From: Minisyncoccota bacterium
GTDB taxonomy: Bacteria; Patescibacteriota; Minisyncoccia; Phycocordibacterales; XYD1-FULL-46-19
Reading direction: 5' to 3'
Assembly: GCA_041665625.1 (NCBI GenBank)
Contig: JBAYIK010000001.1
Location: 68,587-132,586 of the forward strand
Length of the DNA stretch: 64,000 nt
Shown here: positions 1 through 9,666 of the stretch, piece by piece
Layout of the letters: every line of letters begins with the position of its first letter
How positions within the stretch are numbered: the stretch's first letter is position 1
Translations under genes and position numbers: made by a program
The notes under the pieces: generated by a model
What the model was told of the DNA's origin: nothing
Seen by the model: the letters and a program-made list of their open reading frames with translations, nothing else
The model's database searches: none

Positions 1-103
1 GGGAACCCATGATGATCTCTCTGCTCGCGAGGGCACTATCTATGCCAAACTCTGGCAACTCCAAGCCGGTGGGTTTATTGCTTAAGCTTGACGAGATCAA
101 GTA
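1..103 (+). CDS. 3' end of an upstream gene (partial, unknown product)
   Basis: Open frame from window edge to TAA at 101-103; no recognisable motif. Confidence 0.3.
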
Positions 104-192
104 AATATATTATTGTCTGGGCAGAAAAGTGTCCCTTGTCTGTTCCCAACCGCCAAGCCTAAAGAAGCTTGAGTTTAGAGAGGAGGTGTGTC

Positions 193-498
193 GTGAGCCT
201 TATGAGCCTATTCTTAAAGGAATTGTCTGTGACCCCATGCCCCAAAGGGACAGTGATTAGGGTTGATGATTTCTTTGAAACCCGGATTAAGGGCTATGCT
301 CCTAACATGTTGTGGGGTGTAGTTCTGGCCATGTCGAACTGGTTGGACAATCCTGACCTCATGGCGGGAGATCTCAGTGAACTCTTGTCTCTGGATCGTG
401 AGACAAAACGTGAGATGAGGGGAAAAGGTAAGCATAAGCAGCCGGTTCTTGTTCTTAGCATCCATACTATTTGTCGAATAGCGCCCGCCGCGAAGTAA
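193..498 (+). CDS. hypothetical small protein (~100 aa)
   Basis: AGGAGG at 181-186 then GTG 193 (ORF track 169..498); no motif; followed by GC-rich hairpin 483-530. Confidence 0.35.
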   Translation: MSLMSLFLKELSVTPCPKGTVIRVDDFFETRIKGYAPNMLWGVVLAMSNWLDNPDLMAGDLSELLSLDRETKREMRGKGKHKQPVLVLSIHTICRIAPAAK

Positions 499-549
499 TG
501 GCCCTAGCAGGGGTCCATCGCGGTGGGCCTTTCTGTTTATTGACGGGTG

Positions 550-558
550 TGTTATAAT
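550..558 (+). promoter_or_regulatory. extended -10 element TGtTATAAT upstream of uvrA
   Basis: TGTTATAAT at 550-558, ~50 nt upstream of the [10 protein letters not shown] start codon at 607. Confidence 0.4.
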
Positions 559-606
559 TGCACCATTACCCTATGGACAAACCACAGGGCCGTTAATTGT
601 GTATCT

Positions 607-3228
607 ATGGAAGAAAACAAGATAAAAATTAGAGGGGCACGAACGCACAACCTCAAGAATATTAGTTTAGAGATCCCGAGGAATAAGCTCGTGGTTTTTA
701 CTGGTCTCTCGGGTTCGGGCAAATCGAGTTTAGCCTTTGATACAATCTTTGCTGAAGGCCAGCGTCGTTATGTTGAGTCTCTCTCAGCCTATGCCCGACA
801 ATTTTTAAAACAATTACCTAAACCGGACGTGGACGAAATTACTGGCCTTTCTCCCGCTATCTCCATCGATCAGAAGTCACGTTCACACAATCCACGGTCT
901 ACTGTTGCCACTATTACTGAGATCTATGACTACTTAAGAGTTTTGTTTGCGCGCATTGGTCAGCCTCATTGTCCAGTGTGCGGGACGCGCATTGAGAAAC
1001 TTTCTCATGAAGAGATTGTTAATTTTATTAAAGAAAAAATAAAGGATTCCAAGCCTGGGGCGGTCACTCTCTTGGCCCCAGTTGTCCGTGGTCGCAAGGG
1101 TGAGTACTACCAACTTCTTTATGACCTAATTGATAAGGGCTATTCTGAAGTTTTGGTGGATGGTAAGCGCTACAAGTTGCGTGAGCGCATTATTCTGACT
1201 AAAACCAAGAAGCATGATATTGATGTTGTGATTGACGAGATACCTTTAGCTGATCTCAACAACCATGGCGCGGTAGTAACCCGAACTAAAGTTAAGGGTA
1301 AAGAAAAAAATAAAAAAGAGAGTACCCTGGCCTCAGTTGTGGCTGAAGCTAAAACAGATTCAGCTAATGAGCGTTTAACCGAAGGTGTGGAGCGGGCGCT
1401 TAAGGAAGCTGAGGGGCTGGTTAAAGTTTCTATTGGAGCTGAGACTTTTCTTTTATCTTCGAAATTTGCTTGTCCTAACGACGGTTTTTCTTTCCCGGAG
1501 ATTGAGCCTCGCCTTTTCTCTTTTAACTCTCCTTATGGTGCTTGTCCCGCTTGTCATGGCCTGGGGACTAAACATATGTTTGGGGAAGAACTTTGTCCCG
1601 AATGTGAGGGTGCTCGTTTGCGCAAAGAAGCCTTAGAGGTGCGCATTGGTGGCAAAAACATCGTTAATGTTACCGGTATGTCCATCAGAGAGAGCAATGA
1701 TTTTTTTACTAAACTTAAACTCTCTCCTAAAGACAAGGCAATTTCTGAAGTTCTTCTGAATGAGGTTGAGTCTCGTCTCAAGTTCTTGCTTGATGTTGGA
1801 CTAGATTATATTGAGCTCAATCGTCGGGCTGACACTCTCTCTGGTGGTGAGGCTCAACGTATTCGTCTCGCCTCACAACTTGGCTCTCGTTTGGTGGGGA
1901 CTCTCTATGTGCTTGATGAGCCAACTATTGGTCTCCACGCTCGTGATAATGACAAATTGATTAAAACCTTAGTTGAACTTCGTGACCTCGGCAACACGAT
2001 TGTGGTTGTTGAACATGATGAAGATACTATCTTCGCTTCAGATTATCTTGTTGATATTGGCCCCGGTGCGGGTATCCATGGTGGCCATGTGGTTGTCGCG
2101 GGGGAGACCGAGAAACTCTTAACCTCAAAGAAGAATGATTATAATTCTCTAACCGTTGATTATTTGAGAGGGGATCGAGAAATTCCCCTACCTGAGAAAA
2201 GACGTACTAATGATAAAGGTACCCTCCGTATTCGTGGCGGCAACATCTTCAATATCAAGAATCTCAATGTCGATGTTCCCCTTGGCAAAATGGTAGCTAT
2301 TACTGGGGTCTCGGGTTCGGGAAAATCTTCTTTTATTTATGAAATCTTGCACAAGAACTTGCAGGGACGCCTCGAACGTCGTTATCGCACCAATGAATTG
2401 TATAATTGTTCTGAATTTTCTGGTTCGGAGTATGTTGGACGTGTTGTCATGATTGATCAATCCGCAATTGGCCGTACTCCGCGCTCTAATCCAGCTACTT
2501 ATACTGGTTCTTTTACTTTTATTCGTGAATTATTTGCTTCTACGGCGCTGGCCAAGGCCCGCGGGTGGAAAGCTTCACGTTTCTCTTTTAATGTCGCTGG
2601 TGGCCGTTGTGAGGCTTGTCAGGGTAATGGCGAAGTCGCTGTCGAGATGCATTTCTTGCCAACGATCTTTGTTCCTTGTGATGTCTGTATGGGTAAACGT
2701 TATGAGAAAGATACGCTAGAGGTCTTGTATAAGAAAAAGAATATCTATGATGTCTTGCACATGACCATTGAGGAAGCCTTAGAATTCTTCAACGATATCC
2801 CGGCTATCTATGACCGCCTTAAGACTCTTAATGAAGTTGGCTTGGGTTATCTTGAACTTGGACAATCAGCGACCACTCTCTCTGGGGGTGAGGCTCAGCG
2901 GGTAAAAATTTCATCTGAACTTTATCGACCATTTACTCAACGAACTATTTACATCTTAGATGAGCCGACCGTTGGTTTGCACTATGAGGATGTAAAAAAT
3001 TTAAATGAAATTTTGCAAAAATTGGTGGAGAAGGGGAATACTGTTGTCGTGATTGAACACAACATGGAAGTAATTAAATCTTCTGACTATATTATTGATA
3101 TGGGTCCCGAAGGAGGGAATGGTGGCGGGCAAGTGGTGGCTAAGGGCACACCTGAAGAGGTGGCTTATGCCCCGGGTTCATATACTGCCAAGTATCTCAA
3201 GCGCGCGTTGCAACAGCGAAAAAAATAA
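607..3228 (+). CDS. uvrA: excinuclease ABC subunit A (UvrA)
   Basis: Two ABC ATPase modules ([10 protein letters not shown] and [10 protein letters not shown] Walker A; two LSGGEAQR signatures); zinc-finger Cys clusters (CPVCG, CPACHG, CEACQG). Start taken at internal Met ([16 protein letters not shown]) rather than ORF-track 547. Confidence 0.95.
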   Translation: MEENKIKIRGARTHNLKNISLEIPRNKLVVFTGLSGSGKSSLAFDTIFAEGQRRYVESLSAYARQFLKQLPKPDVDEITGLSPAISIDQKSRSHNPRSTVATITEIYDYLRVLFARIGQPHCPVCGTRIEKLSHEEIVNFIKEKIKDSKPGAVTLLAPVVRGRKGEYYQLLYDLIDKGYSEVLVDGKRYKLRERIILTKTKKHDIDVVIDEIPLADLNNHGAVVTRTKVKGKEKNKKESTLASVVAEAKTDSANERLTEGVERALKEAEGLVKVSIGAETFLLSSKFACPNDGFSFPEIEPRLFSFNSPYGACPACHGLGTKHMFGEELCPECEGARLRKEALEVRIGGKNIVNVTGMSIRESNDFFTKLKLSPKDKAISEVLLNEVESRLKFLLDVGLDYIELNRRADTLSGGEAQRIRLASQLGSRLVGTLYVLDEPTIGLHARDNDKLIKTLVELRDLGNTIVVVEHDEDTIFASDYLVDIGPGAGIHGGHVVVAGETEKLLTSKKNDYNSLTVDYLRGDREIPLPEKRRTNDKGTLRIRGGNIFNIKNLNVDVPLGKMVAITGVSGSGKSSFIYEILHKNLQGRLERRYRTNELYNCSEFSGSEYVGRVVMIDQSAIGRTPRSNPATYTGSFTFIRELFASTALAKARGWKASRFSFNVAGGRCEACQGNGEVAVEMHFLPTIFVPCDVCMGKRYEKDTLEVLYKKKNIYDVLHMTIEEALEFFNDIPAIYDRLKTLNEVGLGYLELGQSATTLSGGEAQRVKISSELYRPFTQRTIYILDEPTVGLHYEDVKNLNEILQKLVEKGNTVVVIEHNMEVIKSSDYIIDMGPEGGNGGGQVVAKGTPEEVAYAPGSYTAKYLKRALQQRKK

Positions 3229-3262
3229 CCCCGGCTTCCTTTCGGTCGCCGGGAGGTGCTCT
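3229..3262 (+). terminator. rho-independent-like hairpin after uvrA
   Basis: cccggc-ttcctttcggtc-gccggg stem-loop immediately after the stop codon, preceded by an A-run. Confidence 0.5.
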
Positions 3263-3674
3263 CTTCACCCAACAGTTCACCGTCTCTGTTGATGGCTAGC
3301 TCGACCTCGCCGAGCAAAAAACGTCATCAGTACTCCCTTCGACTTCCTCCGACCCTTATCCGGCTCGTCGTCATTACATGACGGCTTCGCGCCTGGCTAT
3401 CCAGATGCCGGTCGGCCTCGTCTAGAACAAACGGGGCACTGTTGGCTACTTTTGAGCTTATCGCTCGGCCACAGTTACGCCCATTGGTCGGATAATTGCC
3501 TTTGCCTGGACCAGAAGAAATCCCGTCTTCTCTGTCCGCTTCGTCGGCCATTCTAAGAAGGGCCTCGCGATCAAAAAGCATAATACCTCTCCTCGACACT
3601 TCGAAATTTCGGTTATAACCTGCAAAACGAAACTCCCATTGAGTTTCTCTGATTAGTATTGTAGAATAGACAAA

Positions 3675-4988
3675 ATGATTAGTCAAGACCTAAAAAAATA
3701 TAAGTTGCCCGATAAGCCTGGAGTTTATAGGTTTTTTAAAGGGAAGAACCTCCTCTATATCGGTAAAGCGACTTCGCTTAAAGATCGGGTGCGGAGTTAT
3801 TTTGCTGGTGACCTTGGCGAAACTAGGGGCCCCAAGATCACCCAGATGCTTGCTCTGGCAAATAAAGTTGAATGGCAAGAAACTGACTCGGTTCTCGAAG
3901 CACTGCTTTTAGAAACTGAATTAATTAAGAAATATCAACCTAAATATAACTCGAGAGAAAAAGATGATAAGAGTTATTGGTATGTGGTTATTACTGACGA
4001 AGATTTCCCTCGCATTCTTCCTGTCCGCGGGCGAGAGTTGCAGAATCCAAAATCTCCTTATTTTTCGATATCCAATCTCGAAAAATTTGGGCCTTTTCCT
4101 TATGCAACAGAAATTAAAGAAGCGCTGAAGATTATAAGAAAGATTTTTCCTTATCGTGATAGGTGTGAGCCTTGCAAGGCGAAGAGAGATGGGACCTCAA
4201 GTGAACCCGAGGCCGTTTCTCGCGTAGCTTGCAAAGCTTGCTTTAATAGACAAATTAGACTTTGTCCAGGTGTTTGTACTGGTGAAATTTCTAAAACTGA
4301 ATATCGAAAAATTGTTCGCAATATAAAATTACTTTTCTCCGGCAAGAAGCAAGAAATTATAAAAAATCTTGAGCGGGAAATGAAAGTTCTGGCCAAGAAA
4401 CAAGAATTTGAAAAAGCAGGGAAGATTAGGGATCAGATTTTTGCTCTTAATCATATTCGAGATGTGTCGCTACTGAAAAATAGTGGACGAGCGGGAAGAG
4501 GAGAGTCCTTAAGTGAGCCCAAGGACTTTCCTCGAGGAGCTCGCCCCTCTTCAATTAGAATCGAAGCCTATGACATTGCCCACTTAAGTGGTAAGAAGAC
4601 AGTTGGAGCGATGACAGTCTGGCAAGATGGAGAGTTGGATAAAAGTGAATACAAGAAATTTGAATTAAGAGGCCCTAAGGCCAATCAGGCCGATGATCCA
4701 GCGAACCTTCGGGAGATTCTTGAGCGCCGTTTTAATCATCCGGAGTGGGGAATGCCAGATATTGTGGTGGTGGATGGCAATCAGGTGCAAGTTAATGTGG
4801 CAAAGGAAGTTTTTCTCTCCTCAGTCGCGATTGTTGGCGTTACTAAAGATGCCAAGCATAAAGCGAGCAAATTAATCGGCGATCAACACATCATCCATGA
4901 CTATCATCGAGCGATTGTTGAAGTCAACGCTGAAGCTCATCGTTTCGCGATAAGTTATCACCGCAAAAAGATGCGTCAAATAATCTAG
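3675..4988 (+). CDS. uvrC: excinuclease ABC subunit C (UvrC), short form lacking C-terminal (HhH)2
   Basis: GIY-YIG motif (GVYRFF...LLYIGKATSLKDRVRSYF), Cys-rich region, UvrB-interacting helix (QEFEKAGKIRDQIFAL), RNase H-like endonuclease domain (IEAYDIAH). Only 437 aa, ends before any HhH. Confidence 0.85.
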   Translation: MISQDLKKYKLPDKPGVYRFFKGKNLLYIGKATSLKDRVRSYFAGDLGETRGPKITQMLALANKVEWQETDSVLEALLLETELIKKYQPKYNSREKDDKSYWYVVITDEDFPRILPVRGRELQNPKSPYFSISNLEKFGPFPYATEIKEALKIIRKIFPYRDRCEPCKAKRDGTSSEPEAVSRVACKACFNRQIRLCPGVCTGEISKTEYRKIVRNIKLLFSGKKQEIIKNLEREMKVLAKKQEFEKAGKIRDQIFALNHIRDVSLLKNSGRAGRGESLSEPKDFPRGARPSSIRIEAYDIAHLSGKKTVGAMTVWQDGELDKSEYKKFELRGPKANQADDPANLREILERRFNHPEWGMPDIVVVDGNQVQVNVAKEVFLSSVAIVGVTKDAKHKASKLIGDQHIIHDYHRAIVEVNAEAHRFAISYHRKKMRQII

Positions 4989-5006
4989 TTATGGTAAAAT
5001 AAAGGC

Positions 5007-5987
5007 ATGCTACCAGCGCTGTCTTTTGCATTTATTACCGAACCCGGTTTTATGATCGTCTTTGTCATATTTTTTGTCTTGGCTTATTGCCTTGGTTACT
5101 ATTGGCAGAGTCGTCATAGTCGAGTCAGTCTTCTTATTGAAGAAGCCAATTTCAAAACTGACCAGATTGCCAAATTAGAAAAAGTTAACAAAACTTTAGA
5201 AGATACAAATCGACAACTTTACGCTAAGGAGCTTGAGCTAACGATGGCCAACACTCATTTGGCTTCGCTCGAACAGGCTAAATCAAAATTCATCTCAGTT
5301 ACCACTCATCAACTTCGCACACCGTTGGCGGCCGTTAAATGGACGCTTGATATGGCGGCTAAGGGTGACCTTGGCGTGGTAGATGAAGAACAAAAGAAAT
5401 TCTTAAACAAGGGTCTCGAGAGTATCAACCGGGTTATCTCAATTGTTAATGACTTACTGAAGGTTGACTCTATTAATACAGACAAAGATGATTACCAATT
5501 CAAAGCGCTGGACATTCTTAAGTTGCTCGAGGATGTCTTCTTCGAATTTAATAATCAAGCAATAAGTAAGAAAATAAGCCTGATCATCGAGAAGCCTGAT
5601 AAGGGTGTACCACTGGTCGAGGTTGATGATGATAAAATTCGGATGGTCTTAGAGAATCTCATTGATAACGCTATCAAATATACGCCAGATGGGGGCAAGG
5701 TCACTGTTCGTTTATCTGACTCTAAGCTCAATAGCGCTGTCCCGGCACTAGAAATTTCAGTTATTGATTCCGGTATTGGTATTTCACCCGAGGATTCTGG
5801 TAAAATCTTTCACAAGTTCTTCCGGGCCGCCAACGCGATCAAGAAGGAGCCTGATGGTTCAGGTCTGGGCCTCTTTATCGCCCATGACATTATCGAGAAG
5901 CATGGGGGAGTTGTTTGGTTTGAGAGCCATCCTGGCGACGGTACCACCTTTTTCTTCACTTTACCTTTACATCAGAAGAAAGTATAA
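5007..5987 (+). CDS. sensor histidine kinase (1 TM, coiled coil, HisKA + HATPase_c)
   Basis: H-box TTHQLRTPLAAV; N/G boxes DNAIKYTP...GSGLGL; N-terminal hydrophobic helix. Confidence 0.8.
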   Translation: MLPALSFAFITEPGFMIVFVIFFVLAYCLGYYWQSRHSRVSLLIEEANFKTDQIAKLEKVNKTLEDTNRQLYAKELELTMANTHLASLEQAKSKFISVTTHQLRTPLAAVKWTLDMAAKGDLGVVDEEQKKFLNKGLESINRVISIVNDLLKVDSINTDKDDYQFKALDILKLLEDVFFEFNNQAISKKISLIIEKPDKGVPLVEVDDDKIRMVLENLIDNAIKYTPDGGKVTVRLSDSKLNSAVPALEISVIDSGIGISPEDSGKIFHKFFRAANAIKKEPDGSGLGLFIAHDIIEKHGGVVWFESHPGDGTTFFFTLPLHQKKV

Positions 5988-6041
5988 TATTCTTATATAG
6001 CTTAAACTAAGCAATTAATTAGCAATTTTAATAACAATAAT

Positions 6042-6422
6042 ATGGCAGACGGTAAAAAGAAGATTTACATAGTTGAGGACGACGAATTTTTACGTTCACT
6101 CAACGCCAAGAAGCTTGAGGGCGAGGGTTATGAGGTCGTGGTGGCCGTCGATGGGCCAAGCGCTATTACTGGCATTCCCGAAGCGGCTCCTGACCTTGTT
6201 TTCTTAGACTTGCTCTTGCCTGGGGGCAAAGATGGCTTCGATGTTCTTACTTCAATTAAGGCTGATGAGAAAACCAAGAATATTCCGGTCATTGTCTTTT
6301 CTAACCTTGGTCAGACTGAGGATATTGAGAAAGCTCGCAAATTGGGGGCAATCGACTTCTTAGTTAAAGCCAATTTCACTCTAGACGACGTGGTTCTCAA
6401 AATTAAGGATATTCTAAAATAA
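6042..6422 (+). CDS. single-domain response regulator (REC only)
   Basis: CheY-like receiver: DD near N-terminus, phospho-Asp context LVFLDLLLPGGKDGFDVL, conserved K in FLVKA; 126 aa, no output domain. Confidence 0.85.
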   Translation: MADGKKKIYIVEDDEFLRSLNAKKLEGEGYEVVVAVDGPSAITGIPEAAPDLVFLDLLLPGGKDGFDVLTSIKADEKTKNIPVIVFSNLGQTEDIEKARKLGAIDFLVKANFTLDDVVLKIKDILK

Positions 6423-6425
6423 CCA

Positions 6426-7400
6426 ATGGCACTTATTCGAGTTGGTATCTTGCGCGGTGGGATAGGGCACGAATATGAAGTGTCACTTAAAACTGGTGCT
6501 AGTGTAATTAAAAATCTATCGGGGGATAAATATCAACCGGTGGATATTCTCATTACTCGTGATGGCACCTGGCACTTAGGAGGCAAGGAGGTTACTCCTG
6601 AGCACGCTATCCGTAGTGTCGATGTCGTCTTTAATGCTCTCCACGGTGAATTTGGTGAAGATGGCCAAGTTCAGCAGATATTGGAGGCGGTTCAATCACC
6701 TTATACTGGCTCAGGAGCAGTTGCTTCGGCCTTAGGGATGGATAAGCATAAGGCCAAGGAAATTTTCAAACAAGCGGGCTTCAAAGTGCCCAATGGCGTG
6801 GTCATCAAACGTGATTATCAGACGGATGCCGAAGCGGTGGCCTACGACGCCTTCCAAAAGATTGCTCCACCTTGGATTGTAAAGCCGGCGGGGAGTGGCT
6901 CATCTGTTGGTCTATATCTGGCTAAGACTTTTCCTGAATTAGTGCAAGCTCTAGAAGCCTGTTTTGGTATTAGTGACCGGGTAATTATCGAAGAGTATAT
7001 CAGGGGCAAAGAGGCCACCTGTGGCGTTGTGGAGGCCTTCCGTGATCAGGATCACTACGCTTTGATGCCAATTGAGATTGTTCACCCGGCTGGGGCTGGT
7101 GTTTGGAATTATGAGGCCAAGTATAGTGGTGAGACCGCTGAGCTTTGCCCTGGACGTTTTACCAAAGAAGAGAAAGCCGAGTTGGAGAGACTAGCGACCG
7201 AGATTCATAAGGTGCTTGGTCTTCGTCATTATTCTCGCTCAGATTTTATTATCTCACCTCGTGGTATTTATATTCTGGAGGTTAATACCCTGCCAGGGAT
7301 GACAGAGGAGTCATTGATCCCTAAGGCTCTTAAGTCCGCTGGTATTTCCTATGAGCACTTCTTGGACCATATCATTAGCTTAGCTATGAACAAGCATTAG
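6426..7400 (+). CDS. ddl: D-alanine--D-alanine ligase
   Basis: ATP-grasp Ddl motifs: LRGGIGHEYEVSL, ALHGEFGEDGQVQQILE, SPYTGSGAVASALGMDK; 4 nt after the response regulator stop. Confidence 0.9.
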   Translation: MALIRVGILRGGIGHEYEVSLKTGASVIKNLSGDKYQPVDILITRDGTWHLGGKEVTPEHAIRSVDVVFNALHGEFGEDGQVQQILEAVQSPYTGSGAVASALGMDKHKAKEIFKQAGFKVPNGVVIKRDYQTDAEAVAYDAFQKIAPPWIVKPAGSGSSVGLYLAKTFPELVQALEACFGISDRVIIEEYIRGKEATCGVVEAFRDQDHYALMPIEIVHPAGAGVWNYEAKYSGETAELCPGRFTKEEKAELERLATEIHKVLGLRHYSRSDFIISPRGIYILEVNTLPGMTEESLIPKALKSAGISYEHFLDHIISLAMNKH

Positions 7401-7408
7401 AAATTTTT

Positions 7409-8771
7409 ATGAAGAGAATTATTTTTACACTCATTTTCTTTGCCCTAATGTTTCCATTTGGACTGACCCACGTATTAGCCGAGGAACTCTTCCCTGTTAT
7501 TAGTTTCCATAGCGACGAAACTTTTGAAGCTGATAGTGAGGGAGGGGCAAGCATTTTTTACCCGAACCCAATGGTCGTTGATGATCTTGACGAAAGTTTT
7601 GGGGCCAATTGTTTGCCCGCTTCAGGAGATTTTTTCCCTTTGGGGACAACAACGGTTTATTGTCTTGCCACAGACAGTGAGGGGAATTCAGCGTCTTCAA
7701 CATCATTTAATATCATCGTTGTTGACACAAAAGCCCCAACCCTTATTTTGAATGGGGATAGCAGTATTGATATCACTGGAGGTGATACTTATACTGAGCT
7801 GGGGGCGACCGCCGCCGACATTGTCGATGGAGAGATTACGGCGAGAATTTCCATTACTGGCTCAGTTGATACGCTAAAGGCTGGTTCTTATACTCTTATT
7901 TATGATGTCTCTGACTTATCAGGAAACTCTTCTCAGACGACGAGAATCGTTAATGTCTCTGATGCCTTTGCCCCCGTTATTGAGCTAATTGGTGATAATC
8001 CTCAAATTATTACGCGGAAACAAGCTTATGTTGAACTAGGCGCCACGGCGACTGATGATGTTGATGGGGAGATCTCTATGGATGAAATTGAAAAAAAACG
8101 GTTCAGTTGACACTGCTGTTGCTGGGTCTTATTTTATGGATTATTCAGTTAAAGATTCTAACGGTAATGAGGGTTCTAAACGGCGCGAAATTATTGTTCA
8201 AGATCTTAATCCTGTTATCACCCTGCTTGGTAATTCGGTCATTGACCTGAGAGTTGGAGAAAATTACGTTGATCCTGGTACAACAGCTATTGATGATGTC
8301 GACGGAGATGTCACTGAGGGGGTCATTGTTGGGGGTTTGGTTGACACCGTTCTCGCGGGAACCTACGTTCTAACTTATAGCGTCACAGATGAAGGAGGGA
8401 ATATTTCTTTGCCCGTAACAAGAACTGTAAATGTAACACCTATCCCTGTTATTCCAGAAGTTTCTCCTCCAAGATCTGGTGGCGGAGGGGGAGTTTCTAC
8501 TGTGTTTTTGAAACCTGTGGCCACAACGACGGAGGGCCGAGTCTTGGGGGCTTCAACCTACCGTTTCCTTAAGGTTCTTAAGCTTGGGGCAAGAAGTGTG
8601 GGGGTTAAAGAATTGCAAGATAGATTAAGGACTGAGGGATTTTATAAAGGAGCAACAACTGGTTACTTTGGTAATCTAACTAGAGTGGCTCTAAAAGCTT
8701 ACCAAAAGAAAAATGGATTGGTGCCTTATGGAATATTAAACAAGGCCACAATGTTTGTCTTGAATAAATAA
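7409..8771 (+). CDS. cell-surface protein with signal peptide, HYR/Ig-like repeats and C-terminal peptidoglycan-binding domain; interrupted by a frameshift in an A8 tract (ORF-track pieces 7409..8110 and 8055..8771)
   Basis: Signal peptide MKRIIFTLIFFALMFPFGLTHVLA. Repeats with ATA.D.VDGEI...GSVDT..AGSY..Y.V.D..GN pattern run across the frame break. C-terminal PG_binding_1-like segment (LKLGARSVGVKELQDRLRTEGFYKGATTGYFGNLTRVALKAYQKKNGL). One fewer A at 8091-8098 restores a single ORF. Confidence 0.7.
8091..8098 (+). repeat. A8 homopolymer at frameshift site (candidate slipped-strand phase-variation tract)
   Basis: gaaAAAAAAAAcgg: frame 1 terminates at 8110, frame 2 continues the repeat unit (..KKNGSVDTAVAGSY..). 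Confidence 0.6.
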
Positions 8772-8793
8772 AAAATAGTTTGAACTAAAAAGC

Positions 8794-8840
8794 AATGACC
8801 GGTTTCGCTCTGCGAAACCGGTCATTAGTTTTTGTGTTTT
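8794..8840. terminator. bidirectional hairpin terminator between convergent genes
   Basis: aatgaccggtttcg-ctct-cgaaaccggtcatt perfect 14-bp stem followed by tttttgtgtttt; A-run on the other side. Confidence 0.7.
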
Positions 8841-9334
8841 CTCCACCTCCTTGTTAATCTCAATCTCCAAGCCAAGAGCTTACGAGTTAAATCTGGTAAT
8901 TGTTTGCGCATCACATCGATGTGCCAACAATTGAAACCGCCAGTGGTGATCAGCAGGAACACGTTAATGATGACGAGCAACCAGAAGGTTCTCCCTTGCA
9001 AGTTGGTTAGCCACCCCAAGCAGAAGACGTAGGACAAACTCTTGCTGATAGAGAAAGAGATTGTATCGAGCGTAAAGCGGTGTAGGCTATTCTCACGGTT
9101 TATGAGACCGGTGCGATAGAGCCCTTCTCGTCCTAACCAAAACGGCAGAGCTAGGATACCATCAACAACTAAGCTAACGATACGGAAGCCCCACATGTTT
9201 AACAACGATAACCCGCAATATAGCTCGAGAGGCCAGGCGACCACCGCCCGGGCAACTCCGACGATGTTCATCGAGAGCACCGCCGCTAGCCAACCTTCGA
9301 TCATGTTCTTGAACCAGGTGTTAAGTTTTAACAC
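8825..9334 (-). CDS. hypothetical integral membrane protein (4-5 TM)
   Basis: 169-aa ORF with several hydrophobic helices; no confident family assignment. Confidence 0.5.
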   Translation of the reverse strand: MLKLNTWFKNMIEGWLAAVLSMNIVGVARAVVAWPLELYCGLSLLNMWGFRIVSLVVDGILALPFWLGREGLYRTGLINRENSLHRFTLDTISFSISKSLSYVFCLGWLTNLQGRTFWLLVIINVFLLITTGGFNCWHIDVMRKQLPDLTRKLLAWRLRLTRRWRKHKN

Positions 9335-9390
9335 TTAAATCACCTCCTTTCTAGGGGCTATCTTAGCAGGGTTATACCCAGAAAGCGAGT

Positions 9391-9461
9391 ACTGCTCCAT
9401 CACTTCGTTCAGGGTTATGACCATAAAAAGGTCACTGCTCCATCACTTCGTTCAGGGTTAT
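9391..9461. repeat. 28-bp perfect direct repeat, two copies, period 43 bp, in divergent intergenic region
   Basis: actgctccatcacttcgttcagggttat at 9391-9418 and 9434-9461. Confidence 0.85.
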
Positions 9462-9666
9462 CCACAGATTGCCAGACTGTGCGATATCCAATCTCGCACA
9501 ATAGAGGCCATATTTTTCAATTGTTTCTATCGGACAAACGTTTTTGTCTCTTAGAAATCGAGAAAAACCTTATTTTTGAGCCCCAAAACCGTCTTGACTT
9601 TAATTCTCAGTGCGTTATTTTCAGTGGACAGGTCTATATTATTAAAAAATTATTAGTTTTATTATT

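Noticed and set aside
214-465. 83-aa minus-strand ORF
   Set aside because: Entirely antisense to the better-supported 193..498 ORF, with no RBS or motif; likely spurious
1385-2719. Several 75-90-aa ORFs in alternative frames or antisense inside uvrA
   Set aside because: Embedded in a confidently identified, uninterrupted uvrA reading frame
3260-3660. Possible RNase P RNA or tmRNA in the uvrA-uvrC spacer
   Set aside because: No GGAAAGTCCGG/ACAGAAxCCGGCTTA (RNase P) or tRNA-like TTCGA-CCA 3' end (tmRNA) on either strand
9391-9461. CRISPR array
   Set aside because: Only two repeat copies with a 15-bp spacer-equivalent; no cas genes; does not fit CRISPR repeat-spacer geometry
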